From Synergistales bacterium (GTDB lineage: Bacteria; Synergistota; Synergistia; Synergistales; JAFGMB01), in assembly GCA_963666205.1 (NCBI GenBank), contig OY762654.1, positions 352,001 to 416,000 on the forward strand: a DNA stretch of 64,000 nt, read 5' to 3'. The translations under genes and the position numbers were made by a program. Positions 45,505 to 56,751 of the stretch are shown piece by piece. Each line of letters starts with the position of its first letter. Position 1 is the first letter of the stretch. Under the pieces are notes generated by a model. It saw only the letters and a list, made by a program, of their open reading frames with translations, searched no databases and was not told where the DNA came from.

Positions 45505-46599
45505 TTATTCATACATCTTAACAGAAGAAAGACCAACACTTGAGATCAGTCCAATAGCTATAATAATGGCCAGGAGCGAACTTCCACCATAACTGACAAA
45601 TGGTAATGGAAGTCCGGTGACGGGAAGAATTCCCATGCTCATTCCTATACTCTCAACAGTCTGAAACCAGATCCAGCCTGCCACCATTGATATAAAGACC
45701 TTGGCACGCTGGTCCTTCGCTCTAATAGCAATAGATATCATTCTGCAGAACAGTAACCCGAAAATAGCCAGAAGGAATACGGTTCCGAGAAACCCGAATT
45801 CTTCTGCAAACACACTGAAAACAAAATCAGTATGTGGCTCTGGAAGAAAATGAAGTTTGCTCTGAAGTCCCTCCAGAAAGCCTTTGCCCAGAAATCCTCC
45901 CGAACCAACAGCAATCCTGGACTGAATAACATTGTATCCAGCCCCAAGAGGATCGATAGAGGGATTGAGAAATACCATTAACCTCAATTTCTGATAACCC
46001 TTGAGAAAATTCCACGCAATCGGGAGCATCCCAAGAGAACAGGCAATAAGAGAACCTGTATATATCCATGGAGTCCCGGATGTAATAAGAGCAACAAGAA
46101 CCATAAAACAATAGACCAGAGTACTCCCAAGGTCAGGCTGTAAAAGCACCAGAATTGCAGCAGGAGCAGCTACGGCAAGTCCTCCCAGAAAACTCGAAAG
46201 TTTATTGGGAGGATATCTGCATAGATGTCTCGATAACACCAGAGCAAGGGATATCTTGCAGATTTCCGAAGGTTGAAGATGGAAAGGGCCAATACTCAAC
46301 CAACTTTGGGCACCCTTTACAGAAGCTCCGGAAAAAAGGACTAAGACAAGAAGGGTAAGGTTGATGAGATAGATCATGTAGGACCACTCCATCAACTTGG
46401 AGAACCCTTTTTCAATAATTATGAAAAACGGGATCATCGATATACCTGTCCAGACAAGCTGTTTTGAAGCAAACATTGAACCGCGGGTACCTGGTCCTCC
46501 CCCTGCACTGTAGATCACAACAAGACCTACACAAATAAGGGTAAAAGCCGAAAGCAACAACAGCAAGTCAATATTCCTGATCTTCTTAAGCAGGCCCAA
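45505..46599 (-). CDS. rodA: Rod shape-determining SEDS protein RodA
   Basis: LQPSE, QPDLG, PEPHTDF, LPFVSYGGSS. Confidence 0.94.
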   Translation of the reverse strand: MGLLKKIRNIDLLLLLSAFTLICVGLVVIYSAGGGPGTRGSMFASKQLVWTGISMIPFFIIIEKGFSKLMEWSYMIYLINLTLLVLVLFSGASVKGAQSWLSIGPFHLQPSEICKISLALVLSRHLCRYPPNKLSSFLGGLAVAAPAAILVLLQPDLGSTLVYCFMVLVALITSGTPWIYTGSLIACSLGMLPIAWNFLKGYQKLRLMVFLNPSIDPLGAGYNVIQSRIAVGSGGFLGKGFLEGLQSKLHFLPEPHTDFVFSVFAEEFGFLGTVFLLAIFGLLFCRMISIAIRAKDQRAKVFISMVAGWIWFQTVESIGMSMGILPVTGLPLPFVSYGGSSLLAIIIAIGLISSVGLSSVKMYE

Positions 46600-46626
46600 T
46601 TTGATATCTTTCCATATCCTGAGAGG

Positions 46627-46896
46627 TCAATCCCTCTCCTGTTTGATTCTTTTAACCTTCAGAATAGGAATATTGGCAACTAAAGCTACTGAACCGTTCT
46701 CCCTGTCAAGATCCATTTCAATATTGGTTGTATCAATCTCCATATAATTATTTATCACTTTAATAATATCTTCCCGAAGTTTTTCCAGAATCTCAGGAGA
46801 AATATCCGTCCGATCATGGATGAGAACAAGTTTGAGCCGTTTTTTTGCTGTATCTTTTGAAGAATTACGAGAAAAAAATCTTTTCAAGAAATCCAT
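46627..46896 (-). CDS. minE: Cell division topological specificity factor
   Basis: AKKRLKLVLIHDR, ALVANIPI. Confidence 0.94.
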   Translation of the reverse strand: MDFLKRFFSRNSSKDTAKKRLKLVLIHDRTDISPEILEKLREDIIKVINNYMEIDTTNIEMDLDRENGSVALVANIPILKVKRIKQERD

Positions 46897-46930
46897 GTAA
46901 GTCCCTCTCTTCTATTAAACCTGACGAGGT

Positions 46931-47731
46931 CTAGATGCGAAATATTTTTTTCAATCCAGCAAAGAAACCGGACTGCTCGTTAGCATTCAAATCCATAAGT
47001 GGGACATCCACCCCAACCAGTCTGCTTGCAATATTACTGAATGCCTGAGAAGCAGGTGATCTAGAGCCAAATGTAAGGGGCTCTCCGCTATTCGCTGACT
47101 TGATAACTGAATCGTCATCTGGAATGACACCTATCAGTTTGACCGCCAACACATCAAGGACGTCATCCACATCAAGCATCTCGCCCTCCTTAACCATATT
47201 GGGTCTTACCCTATTGATAATGAGCCTGATAGGCGATTTATTCATAGACTCAAGCATGCCAATAATCCTATCTGCATCTCTCACCGCGGAAACCTCCGGA
47301 GTTGTAACAACCAGGGCTTCATCTGCACCAATAACAGCATTCCTGAATCCACCTTCAATTCCAGCTGGACAGTCTATAAGGACGAAATCAAACTCCTTCC
47401 TCAATTCTTCACAAAGAGTAACCATCTGCTCTGGAGAAACAGCATCTTTTGTCCTTGTCTGAGCAGCCGGTAAAAGGAAAAGGTTTTCGACCCTTTTATC
47501 TCTGACCAGAGCCTGCTGTAGCCTGCAATTCCCTTCAATGATATCAATAAAGTTGTATACAACCCTGTTTTCCAAACCCATTATCAGGTCAAGATTTCTT
47601 AAGCCAATATCCGCATCGATAGCTACAACTCTGAAACCAGCTTTAGCCAAGCCAACCGACAGATTCGCAGTTGTTGTGGTCTTGCCTACCCCACCTTTAC
47701 CGGACGTTATGACAATTACACGAGAATCCAA
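46931..47731 (-). CDS. minD: Septum site-determining ATPase
   Basis: SGKGGVGKTT, DIGLRNLD, C-terminal amphipathic GFFAGLKKIF. Confidence 0.96.
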   Translation of the reverse strand: MDSRVIVITSGKGGVGKTTTTANLSVGLAKAGFRVVAIDADIGLRNLDLIMGLENRVVYNFIDIIEGNCRLQQALVRDKRVENLFLLPAAQTRTKDAVSPEQMVTLCEELRKEFDFVLIDCPAGIEGGFRNAVIGADEALVVTTPEVSAVRDADRIIGMLESMNKSPIRLIINRVRPNMVKEGEMLDVDDVLDVLAVKLIGVIPDDDSVIKSANSGEPLTFGSRSPASQAFSNIASRLVGVDVPLMDLNANEQSGFFAGLKKIFRI

Positions 47732-47757
47732 TCTTCGATCCCTCCATCCACAAAAGT

Positions 47758-48435
47758 CTAGATCTTTAATTCTTTGAAAAGCAGGGAGCCTTTTTCCGGA
47801 GATACAATAACGTGACGTCCCCAGAAGTCTGCTTCTTCGGACAATGTACTCACCTTTGTACCAAGTCTAACCTGTTTGGTTTCAAAACTGGCTGCTATTA
47901 TAGCCCGGTCTTCCTCACTATTGTAACCAGCATGTACCAGACCTTTAAGTTTTCCCATTACTGATACGTTACCTTCTGCAATTACTTCAGCACCATCGTT
48001 AACGTGCCCTATGATAAGTACATCACCATCATGTTCTATCCTCTGACCTGATCGTAGAGAACTGTGAATAACAAGTGTTTCTGATCTTCTGGCGGATCGT
48101 CTGGACTGTTTTATATCTTTCCTGGAAAGGTTAAGCCCCATGGAAAGGATGGATTCACGGCTTGATTCATCGTTTGCTTCCCAGGATGATATTCGAATAT
48201 CATGGGCAATAACGAAATCTTTGAGAAATCTCAACAGGAAATCCCTTGAAATGACTCTTTCCCCAAGATTTATTACAAGGTCCACTCCTGTAAAAAGATT
48301 TGAAGCGTCCAGGGCAGTATGATCAAGTTCTTTCCACATCATTTCCTCTGGCATATTTTCCGGAATTATAACCTTAAGTTTATTAGCACTTCCTTTAAGG
48401 CTGATCTTTTCATTATTCGGGAGGTCCATACTCAT
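47758..48435 (-). CDS. minC: Septum site-determining protein
   Basis: SLRSGQ, GHVNDGAEVIAEGNV...LKGLVHAG. Confidence 0.92.
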   Translation of the reverse strand: MSMDLPNNEKISLKGSANKLKVIIPENMPEEMMWKELDHTALDASNLFTGVDLVINLGERVISRDFLLRFLKDFVIAHDIRISSWEANDESSRESILSMGLNLSRKDIKQSRRSARRSETLVIHSSLRSGQRIEHDGDVLIIGHVNDGAEVIAEGNVSVMGKLKGLVHAGYNSEEDRAIIAASFETKQVRLGTKVSTLSEEADFWGRHVIVSPEKGSLLFKELKI

Positions 48436-48453
48436 AGGTACCCCTCCTTTATA

Positions 48454-50202
48454 TTAATTTTTTTTAGAATATGTTTCATCATGAGTTACAAGGTAAGCCA
48501 GAAGTTTTCCTACAATAGGTGCAGCAACTGAACTTCCATGTTCCCCGCCTTCAATAATGACAGCTGCGGCGTAACGTGGTTCCTTGACTGGAGCATATCC
48601 TACAAAAAGAGCATGATCAGGCCCATGTGGATTCTGAGCAGTCCCGGTTTTTCCAGCAACCGAAACATCAAATTCTCCTGCCTGAATGCCTGTTCCCCTT
48701 TTTACAACATCAATAAGGCCTTTTCTCACCAGATTTAGATTATACCCGTTAAGATCAAGTTGTGTATACTGTGGTTGATTAACAGAAACAAGCCTTGGCA
48801 GGAACAGTTTCCCTCCATTTGCAAGGGCAGCATACATTCTTACCAGCTGAATAGGCGTAACCAGAAGATAACCCTGTCCAATTGAATAGTTGACAGTGTC
48901 GCCTTGATACCATTTTTCATGGAACTTTTCCATTTTCCAGTCTTTACCTGCTATGTTGCCATTGCTTTCTCCCGGGAGATCGATCCCAGTTAGTTTACCT
49001 ACTCCAAACAGGTTTCCCCATTTGACAAGGTTATCGATACCTGTTTTCAAACCTGCCTGGTAGAAAAAGATATCGCAGGAATCCCTGATTGCTGATACAA
49101 CGTTCTCATTACCATGGCCATATTTTTGCCAGCACTTGAATACTCTCCCTCCGAACTTGAATGCTCCACCACAAAAAAAGGTAGTATTCTTTGTAATTGC
49201 TTTTTCACTCAAGGCAGCAAGCCCCACAAATGGCTTAAATGTTGATGCGGGAGGATATACTCCACTGAGAGCCCTGTTCATCATGGGTTTTGATTCATCA
49301 TATATCAAACCAGCCCATTCTGCCCCGGAAACTCCCCATGCAAGGGGGTTATTATCATAACCGGGAGCTGAAAATAAAACCCGGACTTCCCCGGTTTCGA
49401 CATCGATGGCTACGGCAGCCCCTCTAAAATCACCAAACAGGGTTTCCACAAGTCTCTGAGCACCCAGATCAACAGTAAGATGGAGATCTTTGCCTTTTTC
49501 TGATACTTTTTCCGTAAGGCTTCGTATTTTTCTGCCCCTGGCATCCACTTCCAGTATCTCTTCTCCGGATTTTCCTCTGAGCAGGTCCTCATATTGTTTT
49601 TCAATTCCATTCTTGCCTATGAAATCCCCGCCCTTATAACCTGAGTCACCTCTGGATATGAGTTCTTCTCGACTTATTTCCGCTACATATCCCAGGATGT
49701 GGGACGCAATTGAACCAGCCGGATAAGTGCGGCAGGTTACCTGGATAGGGAAAAGAAGTCTGGGAAAAACTGGATCAGATATAATAGCTGTCATCTGTGT
49801 AAGGGTGAGATTCTGGACAATTATTACGGCTCTATAGGGTGCCCAATACTGTTTTTCTATCCTTGAAGAAAGATCCTCTGGAGAAGAAGGTATCCCATGC
49901 TTGGTAAGAACGTCTGAAATTATCGGTAGAAGATCGTATTTCTTTATATCCAGGGGATAACCCATAATGTTGAAAGTCTTAAGGTTTAACGCTAGAGGAA
50001 CCCCATTACGATCAAAGATTTCCCCTCTTATAGGGGGGAAACGTAGCATTCTAAGACGGTTTTCAGATGCAAGCCTCACATATCTGTCAGTGCGGACTAC
50101 CTGAAAGAACCAGAGTGCAACGACAAGTACCAACAAACCCGCTAACATGAATAGAAGACAGATCCTTAGACGTTTATCTATACTTCGACGAATATCAACC
50201 AT
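48454..50202 (-). CDS. mrdA: Penicillin-binding protein 2
   Basis: N-terminal TM; RGEIFDRNG, YPPASTFK (SxxK), SCD (SxD), KTG. Confidence 0.93.
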   Translation of the reverse strand: MVDIRRSIDKRLRICLLFMLAGLLVLVVALWFFQVVRTDRYVRLASENRLRMLRFPPIRGEIFDRNGVPLALNLKTFNIMGYPLDIKKYDLLPIISDVLTKHGIPSSPEDLSSRIEKQYWAPYRAVIIVQNLTLTQMTAIISDPVFPRLLFPIQVTCRTYPAGSIASHILGYVAEISREELISRGDSGYKGGDFIGKNGIEKQYEDLLRGKSGEEILEVDARGRKIRSLTEKVSEKGKDLHLTVDLGAQRLVETLFGDFRGAAVAIDVETGEVRVLFSAPGYDNNPLAWGVSGAEWAGLIYDESKPMMNRALSGVYPPASTFKPFVGLAALSEKAITKNTTFFCGGAFKFGGRVFKCWQKYGHGNENVVSAIRDSCDIFFYQAGLKTGIDNLVKWGNLFGVGKLTGIDLPGESNGNIAGKDWKMEKFHEKWYQGDTVNYSIGQGYLLVTPIQLVRMYAALANGGKLFLPRLVSVNQPQYTQLDLNGYNLNLVRKGLIDVVKRGTGIQAGEFDVSVAGKTGTAQNPHGPDHALFVGYAPVKEPRYAAAVIIEGGEHGSSVAAPIVGKLLAYLVTHDETYSKKN

Positions 50203-50656
50203 TCTGAGATGCTACCTTCCAGGAATAGTACACGTACATAATGATAACGACAGGAAGAAGGCATAACTGTTGTACCAAGAGACCTGTATAAAAGGGAAAT
50301 GTAGTTATATTCCATACAAAAACTCTTGCCAAATAAATATTTAATGCTCCAAACCAGATAAGCAGAGCAAGTAAGAGGGGTGTTTTACCCATAACTGGAA
50401 AGAGATGCCATATCCAATTCAGGATAAGGACTGCTACTATATATAGACCTGAAGACATCCCGACTAGCCCCGTCCATCGAAGGTCCCATAGAATACCACC
50501 AACAAAAGCTATCCAGATAGATGATTTCCCGGATTCTTCCTGAGATAGAGTTCTGTAAAGGAGAAAAAGAAGAAAATATTCAGGGGCAAGAATATTCTGG
50601 GTTAAAAACGCCTGCAGCATATCCTGGAACAACCAGGAGGCTCCAATCCATATCAT
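50195..50656 (-). CDS. mreD: Rod shape-determining membrane protein MreD (divergent)
   Basis: Hydrophobic; AFVGGILWDL motif; lies between mreC and mrdA. Confidence 0.75.
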   Translation of the reverse strand: MIWIGASWLFQDMLQAFLTQNILAPEYFLLFLLYRTLSQEESGKSSIWIAFVGGILWDLRWTGLVGMSSGLYIVAVLILNWIWHLFPVMGKTPLLLALLIWFGALNIYLARVFVWNITTFPFYTGLLVQQLCLLPVVIIMYVYYSWKVASQNG

Positions 50657-51444
50657 TGTGATAATGCCCCTTGCGGATTATAGATATCAACATCAAACAA
50701 GCGGGAAAGATCTCCTCCCAATTGCACATAAAAAGCCTTTGTTCCAGCTATTCTTCTACTCAATGAGGTATCTAGTCTGCCAATGGGAAGACCGGGAGGA
50801 AGCATTTCGCTTACAAGGGCTGTTGAGATAGTCATACCTTTTATAACCTCTGATGATTCCGGGAGATATAAAAGCCATGTTTTTCCCAAACCATCCCCCA
50901 CTATTACTCCAAGCTCCCTCGTTTCATCTACCACTACCGGGATCATCATTGAACTGGATGTAATAAGTTCAACCCACGATGAACTGTTTTCCACTCCCGC
51001 AACACGTCCTACCACAAATCCGTTCTGAAGAACAGGCAGCCCAACGGATACACCATCCTTCTTACCACGGTTGATCCTTACTTCGGCCCACCAAGAGGAA
51101 GGCGAACGGAATGTTATCCTCGCCCTTGATATCTCTTCTTCCATGGAACGGATAAGTGTCTGGGCTTTCTCTGTACCCAGAATTCCCTTTAGCCTGATAT
51201 TTTCAAGCCTAAGGGATTCCAGTTCCGTTTGCAGTTCCATTTCATCTTCTAACCATAAACTTACATTGTGAATGGAATTACGTAAAAGAAAGGAAGGATA
51301 CTCAGGAATAGACAGGATTCTTGTAGTAAGCTCCATAACTATCATGCGAAAGGGCATGTGTGGCACTGCAACAAGCAGGGACAGGCTCAGTATAATAGCG
51401 ATAAGACCGTGTATCCAGTGAATTTCAAGATCTTTCCCTGTCAT
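50653..51444 (-). CDS. mreC: Rod shape-determining protein MreC
   Basis: TM, coiled coil LRLENIRLK, INRGKKDGV, GFVVGRV, PPGLPIG. Confidence 0.88.
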   Translation of the reverse strand: MTGKDLEIHWIHGLIAIILSLSLLVAVPHMPFRMIVMELTTRILSIPEYPSFLLRNSIHNVSLWLEDEMELQTELESLRLENIRLKGILGTEKAQTLIRSMEEEISRARITFRSPSSWWAEVRINRGKKDGVSVGLPVLQNGFVVGRVAGVENSSSWVELITSSSMMIPVVVDETRELGVIVGDGLGKTWLLYLPESSEVIKGMTISTALVSEMLPPGLPIGRLDTSLSRRIAGTKAFYVQLGGDLSRLFDVDIYNPQGALSQ

Positions 51445-51516
51445 GTATCTTCATGCCTTTCTCTGTTGTATTAAAAGTCAAAAAGAACTCACTGATCATA
51501 ACGATGATCTTGAGAG

Positions 51517-52572
51517 CTATCTTGTTCCTCTTTCAACGGACATAAGTATCTTTTTCATTGTATCCAGATTATCCAGGATCTTTCCAACCCCTCGGGCAAC
51601 AGATAGTAAGGGATCTTCAGCTACTATTACAGGAGCATTAAGATTCCGGGAAAGTCTTTCAGCAAATCCTGCCAGTTGGGATACTCCTCCGGAAAGTATG
51701 ATACCTTGGTCAACTATGTCTTTGGATAACTCGGGTGGAGTTTTTTCAAGTGCCACTTTTACCATATCCTCTATCTTGAGAATAATAGGATTAATGGCCT
51801 CCCTGACTTCCACAGAAGATACTGTATCAGCTTTGGGAAGTCCATTGGCAAGATCTCTTCCCTTTACAACAATGTCCTTTTCATCTTCAAGGGGAAGGGC
51901 AGAACCTACTGCGATCTTAACTTCTTCTGCCGTAGATTCTCCTATAAGAAGACCGTGATTTTGTCTCAACATGGCCAGTATGGCTTCATCCATATCGTTC
52001 CCAGCTGCTCTCAGGGAATTACTGATAACAATCCCCCCCATGGATAGTACCGCTACTTCGCTTGTACCTCCCCCGATATCCAGTATCATACTTCCTCGAG
52101 GTTCCTGTATGGGAAGGCCCACGCCAAGGGCCGCGGCTATGGGTTCTTCAACAACATACGCTTCTTTCGCTCCTGCCCCTAATGTTGCATCGATAACAGA
52201 ACGTCTCTCAACCTCAGTTACTTCAGCAGGAACTGAAATGACAACTCGTGGATGGGAAAGAAGTTTTGTTCCTCCACCAATTTTGATAAGAAAATGACGG
52301 ATCATAGTCTCAGTCATATCATAGTTCGCAATAACGCCATCCTGGAGAGGTTGAAGGGTAGTCACTCCTATGGGAGTCTTCCCCACCATGGCCTTAGCTT
52401 CCTTTCCCACTGCAATGATATCAACTTTTCCGCTTTTGCTGCGTTTTCTGACAGCTACACATGAAGGTTCGTTAAAAACAATACCCTTACCACTTACATA
52501 GACTACTGTGTTTGCCGTACCCAGATCTATTCCTACGTCAGAACCTAGAACACCGGATAAAAATCTGAACAA
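51517..52572 (-). CDS. mreB: Actin-like MreB
   Basis: IDLGTANT, EPSCVA, DIGGGTSEVA. Confidence 0.96.
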   Translation of the reverse strand: MFRFLSGVLGSDVGIDLGTANTVVYVSGKGIVFNEPSCVAVRKRSKSGKVDIIAVGKEAKAMVGKTPIGVTTLQPLQDGVIANYDMTETMIRHFLIKIGGGTKLLSHPRVVISVPAEVTEVERRSVIDATLGAGAKEAYVVEEPIAAALGVGLPIQEPRGSMILDIGGGTSEVAVLSMGGIVISNSLRAAGNDMDEAILAMLRQNHGLLIGESTAEEVKIAVGSALPLEDEKDIVVKGRDLANGLPKADTVSSVEVREAINPIILKIEDMVKVALEKTPPELSKDIVDQGIILSGGVSQLAGFAERLSRNLNAPVIVAEDPLLSVARGVGKILDNLDTMKKILMSVERGTR

Positions 52573-52603
52573 TTTATCTCCCTCTCCTTCTGATACACTG
52601 TTA

Positions 52604-53269
52604 TTATCGTGTTATTGCTATTTCTGCAAGTTTACCGGCAGCGCATAAATAATGGCCTATCATTTCAAGTCCGAGTACAGCAAGCTGCCTTGATATATAC
52701 TCTGTAAGAATAATATCATCATTGCTGGGGACTTCACTTCCATCGGGATGATTATGAAGAAGCACCAGCCCTTTTGCACCAAGCCTTATTGCCCTTCTGA
52801 GAAGATACCCTGTATCCAGAAAAGCTCCATCGATCCCTCCATATGATACCTTATCATCATCTATTACTCTATTCCTGTCATCAACATATATGGAGATAAT
52901 ATACTCTCTTTCCTGCACAGATAGTTCAACCGCCCAGAGCTGAAGGGACTGCTTCCATTCAGCATTTTTTACAAGTGAAGAGTTTTCACCAACAGCTCTT
53001 TTACCAAGTTCCAGAGCTGCCAGTAACACTCCCGCCTTGGCTCTGCCAATACCGGAAAGGGAACACAATTCAGCAAGAGTTGCCTTCGATAGACCGGAAA
53101 GATCCCCGAATTCTTTCAGTATTGATGCAGAAACTTCAAGAACATCTTTTTTGGCACCGCACGAACCCAGAAGAAGGGCGATCAACTCAACAGAAGAAAG
53201 ACTTGATATCCCCTGTATAAGTAGGCGTTCTCTAGGTCTGTCCCAATCTGGAATATCAGCAAGTTTCAT
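52604..53269 (-). CDS. radC: RadC/UPF0758 JAB-domain protein
   Basis: RPRERLL..G..SLS..ELIALL, HhH GIGRAKA, HNHPDG...PSNDD; upstream of mreB. Confidence 0.88.
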   Translation of the reverse strand: MKLADIPDWDRPRERLLIQGISSLSSVELIALLLGSCGAKKDVLEVSASILKEFGDLSGLSKATLAELCSLSGIGRAKAGVLLAALELGKRAVGENSSLVKNAEWKQSLQLWAVELSVQEREYIISIYVDDRNRVIDDDKVSYGGIDGAFLDTGYLLRRAIRLGAKGLVLLHNHPDGSEVPSNDDIILTEYISRQLAVLGLEMIGHYLCAAGKLAEIAITR

Positions 53270-53278
53270 GCTATTTGT

Positions 53279-53908
53279 CTACCTGGGCCAAAAGGGATTA
53301 TTTGTTTTTTCTCTTCCAAGCAGGGTTTCTGGTCCATGCCCGGGAAGGACCCTGATCTCATCTGGATATAATGAGAGCCTGGAGATAGAGTTGATAAGAG
53401 CTTTATGATCTCCTCCCGGTAGATCCGTACGTCCAACACTCGAGGCAAATAATGTATCTCCTGATAAAAGGAGGGAATCCTTTTCATCTTTCACATAGAA
53501 GCAACAGCTTCCTTTCGTATGACCTGGCGTATGTATCACATATATCTCCATCTGGCCTATAGTTAGTTTTTCTCCTCCGGAGAGAATCCTTACGTCAAAT
53601 GAAAATGAAATAGAAGTACCAAGAAACTGTGAGAGGTTAAGATCCGGGTTGCTTATCATCTCAACATCATCTTTATGGATATAGACACCACTCGTAGCTA
53701 GAGGAGACAATGTTTTCAGTCCACCTATATGGTCACTGTGTCCATGTGTTAAAAGTATAGCCTCCAGTTGAATACTATTTTCGGCCATAAATGATATGAC
53801 TTCCTCCGGATCTCCACCCGGATCTACAAAAAAGGCTTTTTTCATTTCGTCCCATATAAGAAAACCATTGGTCCATAAAGGACCCAACGGGAAACGTTTA
53901 TCCTTCAT
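53279..53908 (-). CDS. MBL-fold metallo-hydrolase (glyoxalase II-like)
   Basis: [29 protein letters not shown]. Confidence 0.9.
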   Translation of the reverse strand: MKDKRFPLGPLWTNGFLIWDEMKKAFFVDPGGDPEEVISFMAENSIQLEAILLTHGHSDHIGGLKTLSPLATSGVYIHKDDVEMISNPDLNLSQFLGTSISFSFDVRILSGGEKLTIGQMEIYVIHTPGHTKGSCCFYVKDEKDSLLLSGDTLFASSVGRTDLPGGDHKALINSISRLSLYPDEIRVLPGHGPETLLGREKTNNPFWPR

Positions 53909-54362
53909 TAACTTTTACCTCCCCCGGGGAATCAATTATAAGAGTCACAGGTCCATCGTTACTGATGGATACTTTCATGTAAGCCTGAAATTTTCCAGTC
54001 TGGACTGTGATCCCCTTTTCTTTGAAAAGAGAACAGCATTTCTCATACAATTCATTCGCTAATTCAGGACGTGCTGCTTTCACAAAGGAGGGCCTGCGTC
54101 CCTTCCTGCAGTCGCCATATAATGTAAACTGCGAAACAAGAAGTACAGATCCTCCAACATCGGTAAGGGATCTATTCAACTTACCTTCCTCATCCTCGAA
54201 TATCCTGAGTCCAATTATCTTGTTGACGATCCACTCTGCATCCTTTGCGGTATCATAATGGGTAACGCCAAGAAGAACACAATAGCCTGCATCTATCTCT
54301 CCAATGATCTTACCTTCCACCTCTACGCTGGAAGAAGTAACTCTCTGAATAACCGCCCTCAT
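53898..54362 (-). CDS. dtd: D-aminoacyl-tRNA deacylase
   Basis: [19 protein letters not shown]. Confidence 0.96.
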   Translation of the reverse strand: MRAVIQRVTSSSVEVEGKIIGEIDAGYCVLLGVTHYDTAKDAEWIVNKIIGLRIFEDEEGKLNRSLTDVGGSVLLVSQFTLYGDCRKGRRPSFVKAARPELANELYEKCCSLFKEKGITVQTGKFQAYMKVSISNDGPVTLIIDSPGEVKVNEG

Positions 54363-54367
54363 AAATA

Positions 54368-56671
54368 TCACCCCCGAAAAACGACAATAACGCTTTTAAC
54401 AGAATTGAGTCTGGCAATTGTAAAATAAAGATGCTCAATATCTTTAACTTCAACTTCTATCTTCATCCGAGCCTGGTTATTACCAACCATGTTGGCTTTG
54501 AGACCAATTATATTGCAGTCTGCAGACATAAGGGCCTGTGCGACATCCGAAAAAAGCCCAGGTCTGTCTATTCCTTCAAGTTTAAGTCTGGAGTGGTATT
54601 TTTTATTACCATGGTTACCCCAGGATACTTCAATCTTTCTTTCTTCAGTAGAATTAGAAATATTGGGACAGTCAAGTCTATGAACTGTAATACCTCTTGT
54701 CCGAGTAGAATAACCCACAATAGAATCCCCCGGCACAGGGAGACAGCAATTGGCCAAAGTTACCAGGACTCCTTCTGCTCCTTCAACTATAATGTCAGAA
54801 TCCTGCTTTGCCTTAAGGGAAGGTTTCAGTTCCTCAACAACGACGTTGGGTGTTTTAGACGCTTTAAAAAGAGATGAGGTAGATCCCAGTTTCTGGGCCA
54901 CGTTAGAGGCAGTCTGATTACCTGAACCAAGGGCAAAGAAAAGGTCTTCCGCACCGGAATAGCCTAGATCTCTGGCTACTTTATTCAGATGAGGAGATAG
55001 GTCTTCAAGCCCTTTATCAAAAGAAGCATCACGCCTCTTGAGGACCTTAAGCAGAAGATCCTGTCCCCTCTCAACTCTCTCTTCTCTCTCAAGTCTGCTT
55101 TGCTGTCTGAAAAAGGATCGGATCTTTCCTCTAGCCTTACTGCTCCTTACAATTTTGAGCCAATCCATTGATGGAGTACCCTGAGGGGAAGTGATGACCT
55201 TGATGATATCCCCATTGTTTAACTTATAATCCATGGGTACTATCCTGTTATTTACCATAGCCCCAACACATTTATTTCCCACTTCTGTATGAATTGCATA
55301 TGCAAAATCAATAGGTGTTGAATCTCCTGGAAGGGTAACTACCTGACCTTTAGGTGTAAAAACAAAAACTTCTGAACTGAGAACATCCTCTTTTAGTCTT
55401 TCTAGAAATTCAGAGGGTTCACCTTCTTCATGATCGCTTTCAAGAGCCTGTCTGATCCATGTCAGTTTTTCATCAAGTTTGTCCAGTTTGCCCGGTCCAC
55501 CCTTGTATCTCCAGTGTGCAGCAATACCATACTCCGCCAGCCAGTGCATTTCCCATGTCCTTATCTGAACTTCCAGTGGTTCACCTGTAGGACCAACAAC
55601 AGTTGTGTGCAGGGACTGGTACATATTGTTCTTTGGATTAGCGATATAATCATCAAATTGTCCAGGGATAGGATTCCACATTGCGTGAACAATCCCCAGA
55701 ACCGTATAGCATTCCGTGACCGATTCTACTACAACACGGAGTGCCAGAAGGTCATATAGTTGTTCTATGGCAAGATGCTTGCGGTTCATTTTTTCGTATA
55801 TACTGTAAAAATGTTTGGCCCTCCCTTTTATCCGAGCCTGTATATCTTCCTTTTTTAATCTTTCCTGAAGCATTTCAAGCGCTATAGTTACGGTCCGTTC
55901 CCTTTCGGGAAGCTTCTGTCTGACTTTCCTTTTAATTTCATAGTACATATCCGGGTCCGAGAATTTAAAGGCCAGATCTTCCAGGCCCCTTTTCACCTGG
56001 TAAATTCCCAAGCGGTGGGCCAGAGGAGCATAAATCTCCAGTGTTTCCTTTGCAATACGCGACTGCTTGTCCTTTCTGAGGGCACTTAGGGTACGCATAT
56101 TATGAAGTCGATCAGCAAGTTTTATAAGGACAACCCGGATGTCCTTTGCCATTACCAGAAACATTTTTCTTAGGTTTTCAGCCTGATAATCTTCAAAAGA
56201 TTTAAATGGAAGTTTTCCTAGTTTCGTTACTCCATCGACCAGGGTAAAAATATCCTGTCCGAATCTTTCTATGATATATTGCGAATCTACTTCTGTATCT
56301 TCCAGGACATCATGAAGAAGTGCTGCCTGAAGTGTTGGAGAATCCATTTGCATATCTGCAAGGATAGATGCAACGTTCAGACAATGTACTATATAGGGAT
56401 CCCCAGTCGATCGTTTTTGATCTCCATGGCTGTTAGCAGAATAGATGAGAGCTTCCCCCACAGCCATCAGATCCTCTTTAGATAAATATCTGGATATCTT
56501 GGACCAGACCTCATGCCAGGCAAATTTCACAGAAACAGATCTCTGCGATTCAGGGATCCTACCCATAAAACTGTCCCTGAGTTTTTTAAGTTCCTTTTGA
56601 ACAACAACCCTGGATCCGGTCTTGAATATCCTATCTTGATGGTCAGTAAAGTACTTATTGCCTTCTTCCAA
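54368..56671 (-). CDS. rel: Bifunctional (p)ppGpp synthetase/hydrolase Rel
   Basis: [36 protein letters not shown] and ACT domains. Start placed at TTG 56671 after a GAGGTG SD; the ORF is open to 56713. Confidence 0.95.
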   Translation of the reverse strand: MEEGNKYFTDHQDRIFKTGSRVVVQKELKKLRDSFMGRIPESQRSVSVKFAWHEVWSKISRYLSKEDLMAVGEALIYSANSHGDQKRSTGDPYIVHCLNVASILADMQMDSPTLQAALLHDVLEDTEVDSQYIIERFGQDIFTLVDGVTKLGKLPFKSFEDYQAENLRKMFLVMAKDIRVVLIKLADRLHNMRTLSALRKDKQSRIAKETLEIYAPLAHRLGIYQVKRGLEDLAFKFSDPDMYYEIKRKVRQKLPERERTVTIALEMLQERLKKEDIQARIKGRAKHFYSIYEKMNRKHLAIEQLYDLLALRVVVESVTECYTVLGIVHAMWNPIPGQFDDYIANPKNNMYQSLHTTVVGPTGEPLEVQIRTWEMHWLAEYGIAAHWRYKGGPGKLDKLDEKLTWIRQALESDHEEGEPSEFLERLKEDVLSSEVFVFTPKGQVVTLPGDSTPIDFAYAIHTEVGNKCVGAMVNNRIVPMDYKLNNGDIIKVITSPQGTPSMDWLKIVRSSKARGKIRSFFRQQSRLEREERVERGQDLLLKVLKRRDASFDKGLEDLSPHLNKVARDLGYSGAEDLFFALGSGNQTASNVAQKLGSTSSLFKASKTPNVVVEELKPSLKAKQDSDIIVEGAEGVLVTLANCCLPVPGDSIVGYSTRTRGITVHRLDCPNISNSTEERKIEVSWGNHGNKKYHSRLKLEGIDRPGLFSDVAQALMSADCNIIGLKANMVGNNQARMKIEVEVKDIEHLYFTIARLNSVKSVIVVFRG

Positions 56672-56751
56672 AAATTTCACCTCTCTGGAATCTGTCCTGG
56701 AATTAATAAACAAACATAACTAAAGGATTTTGATTTACTACCAGGGATGAT

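Noticed and set aside
52604..53269. radC as a mobile-element marker
   Set aside because: Full-length HhH+JAB form in the usual chromosomal position before mreB.
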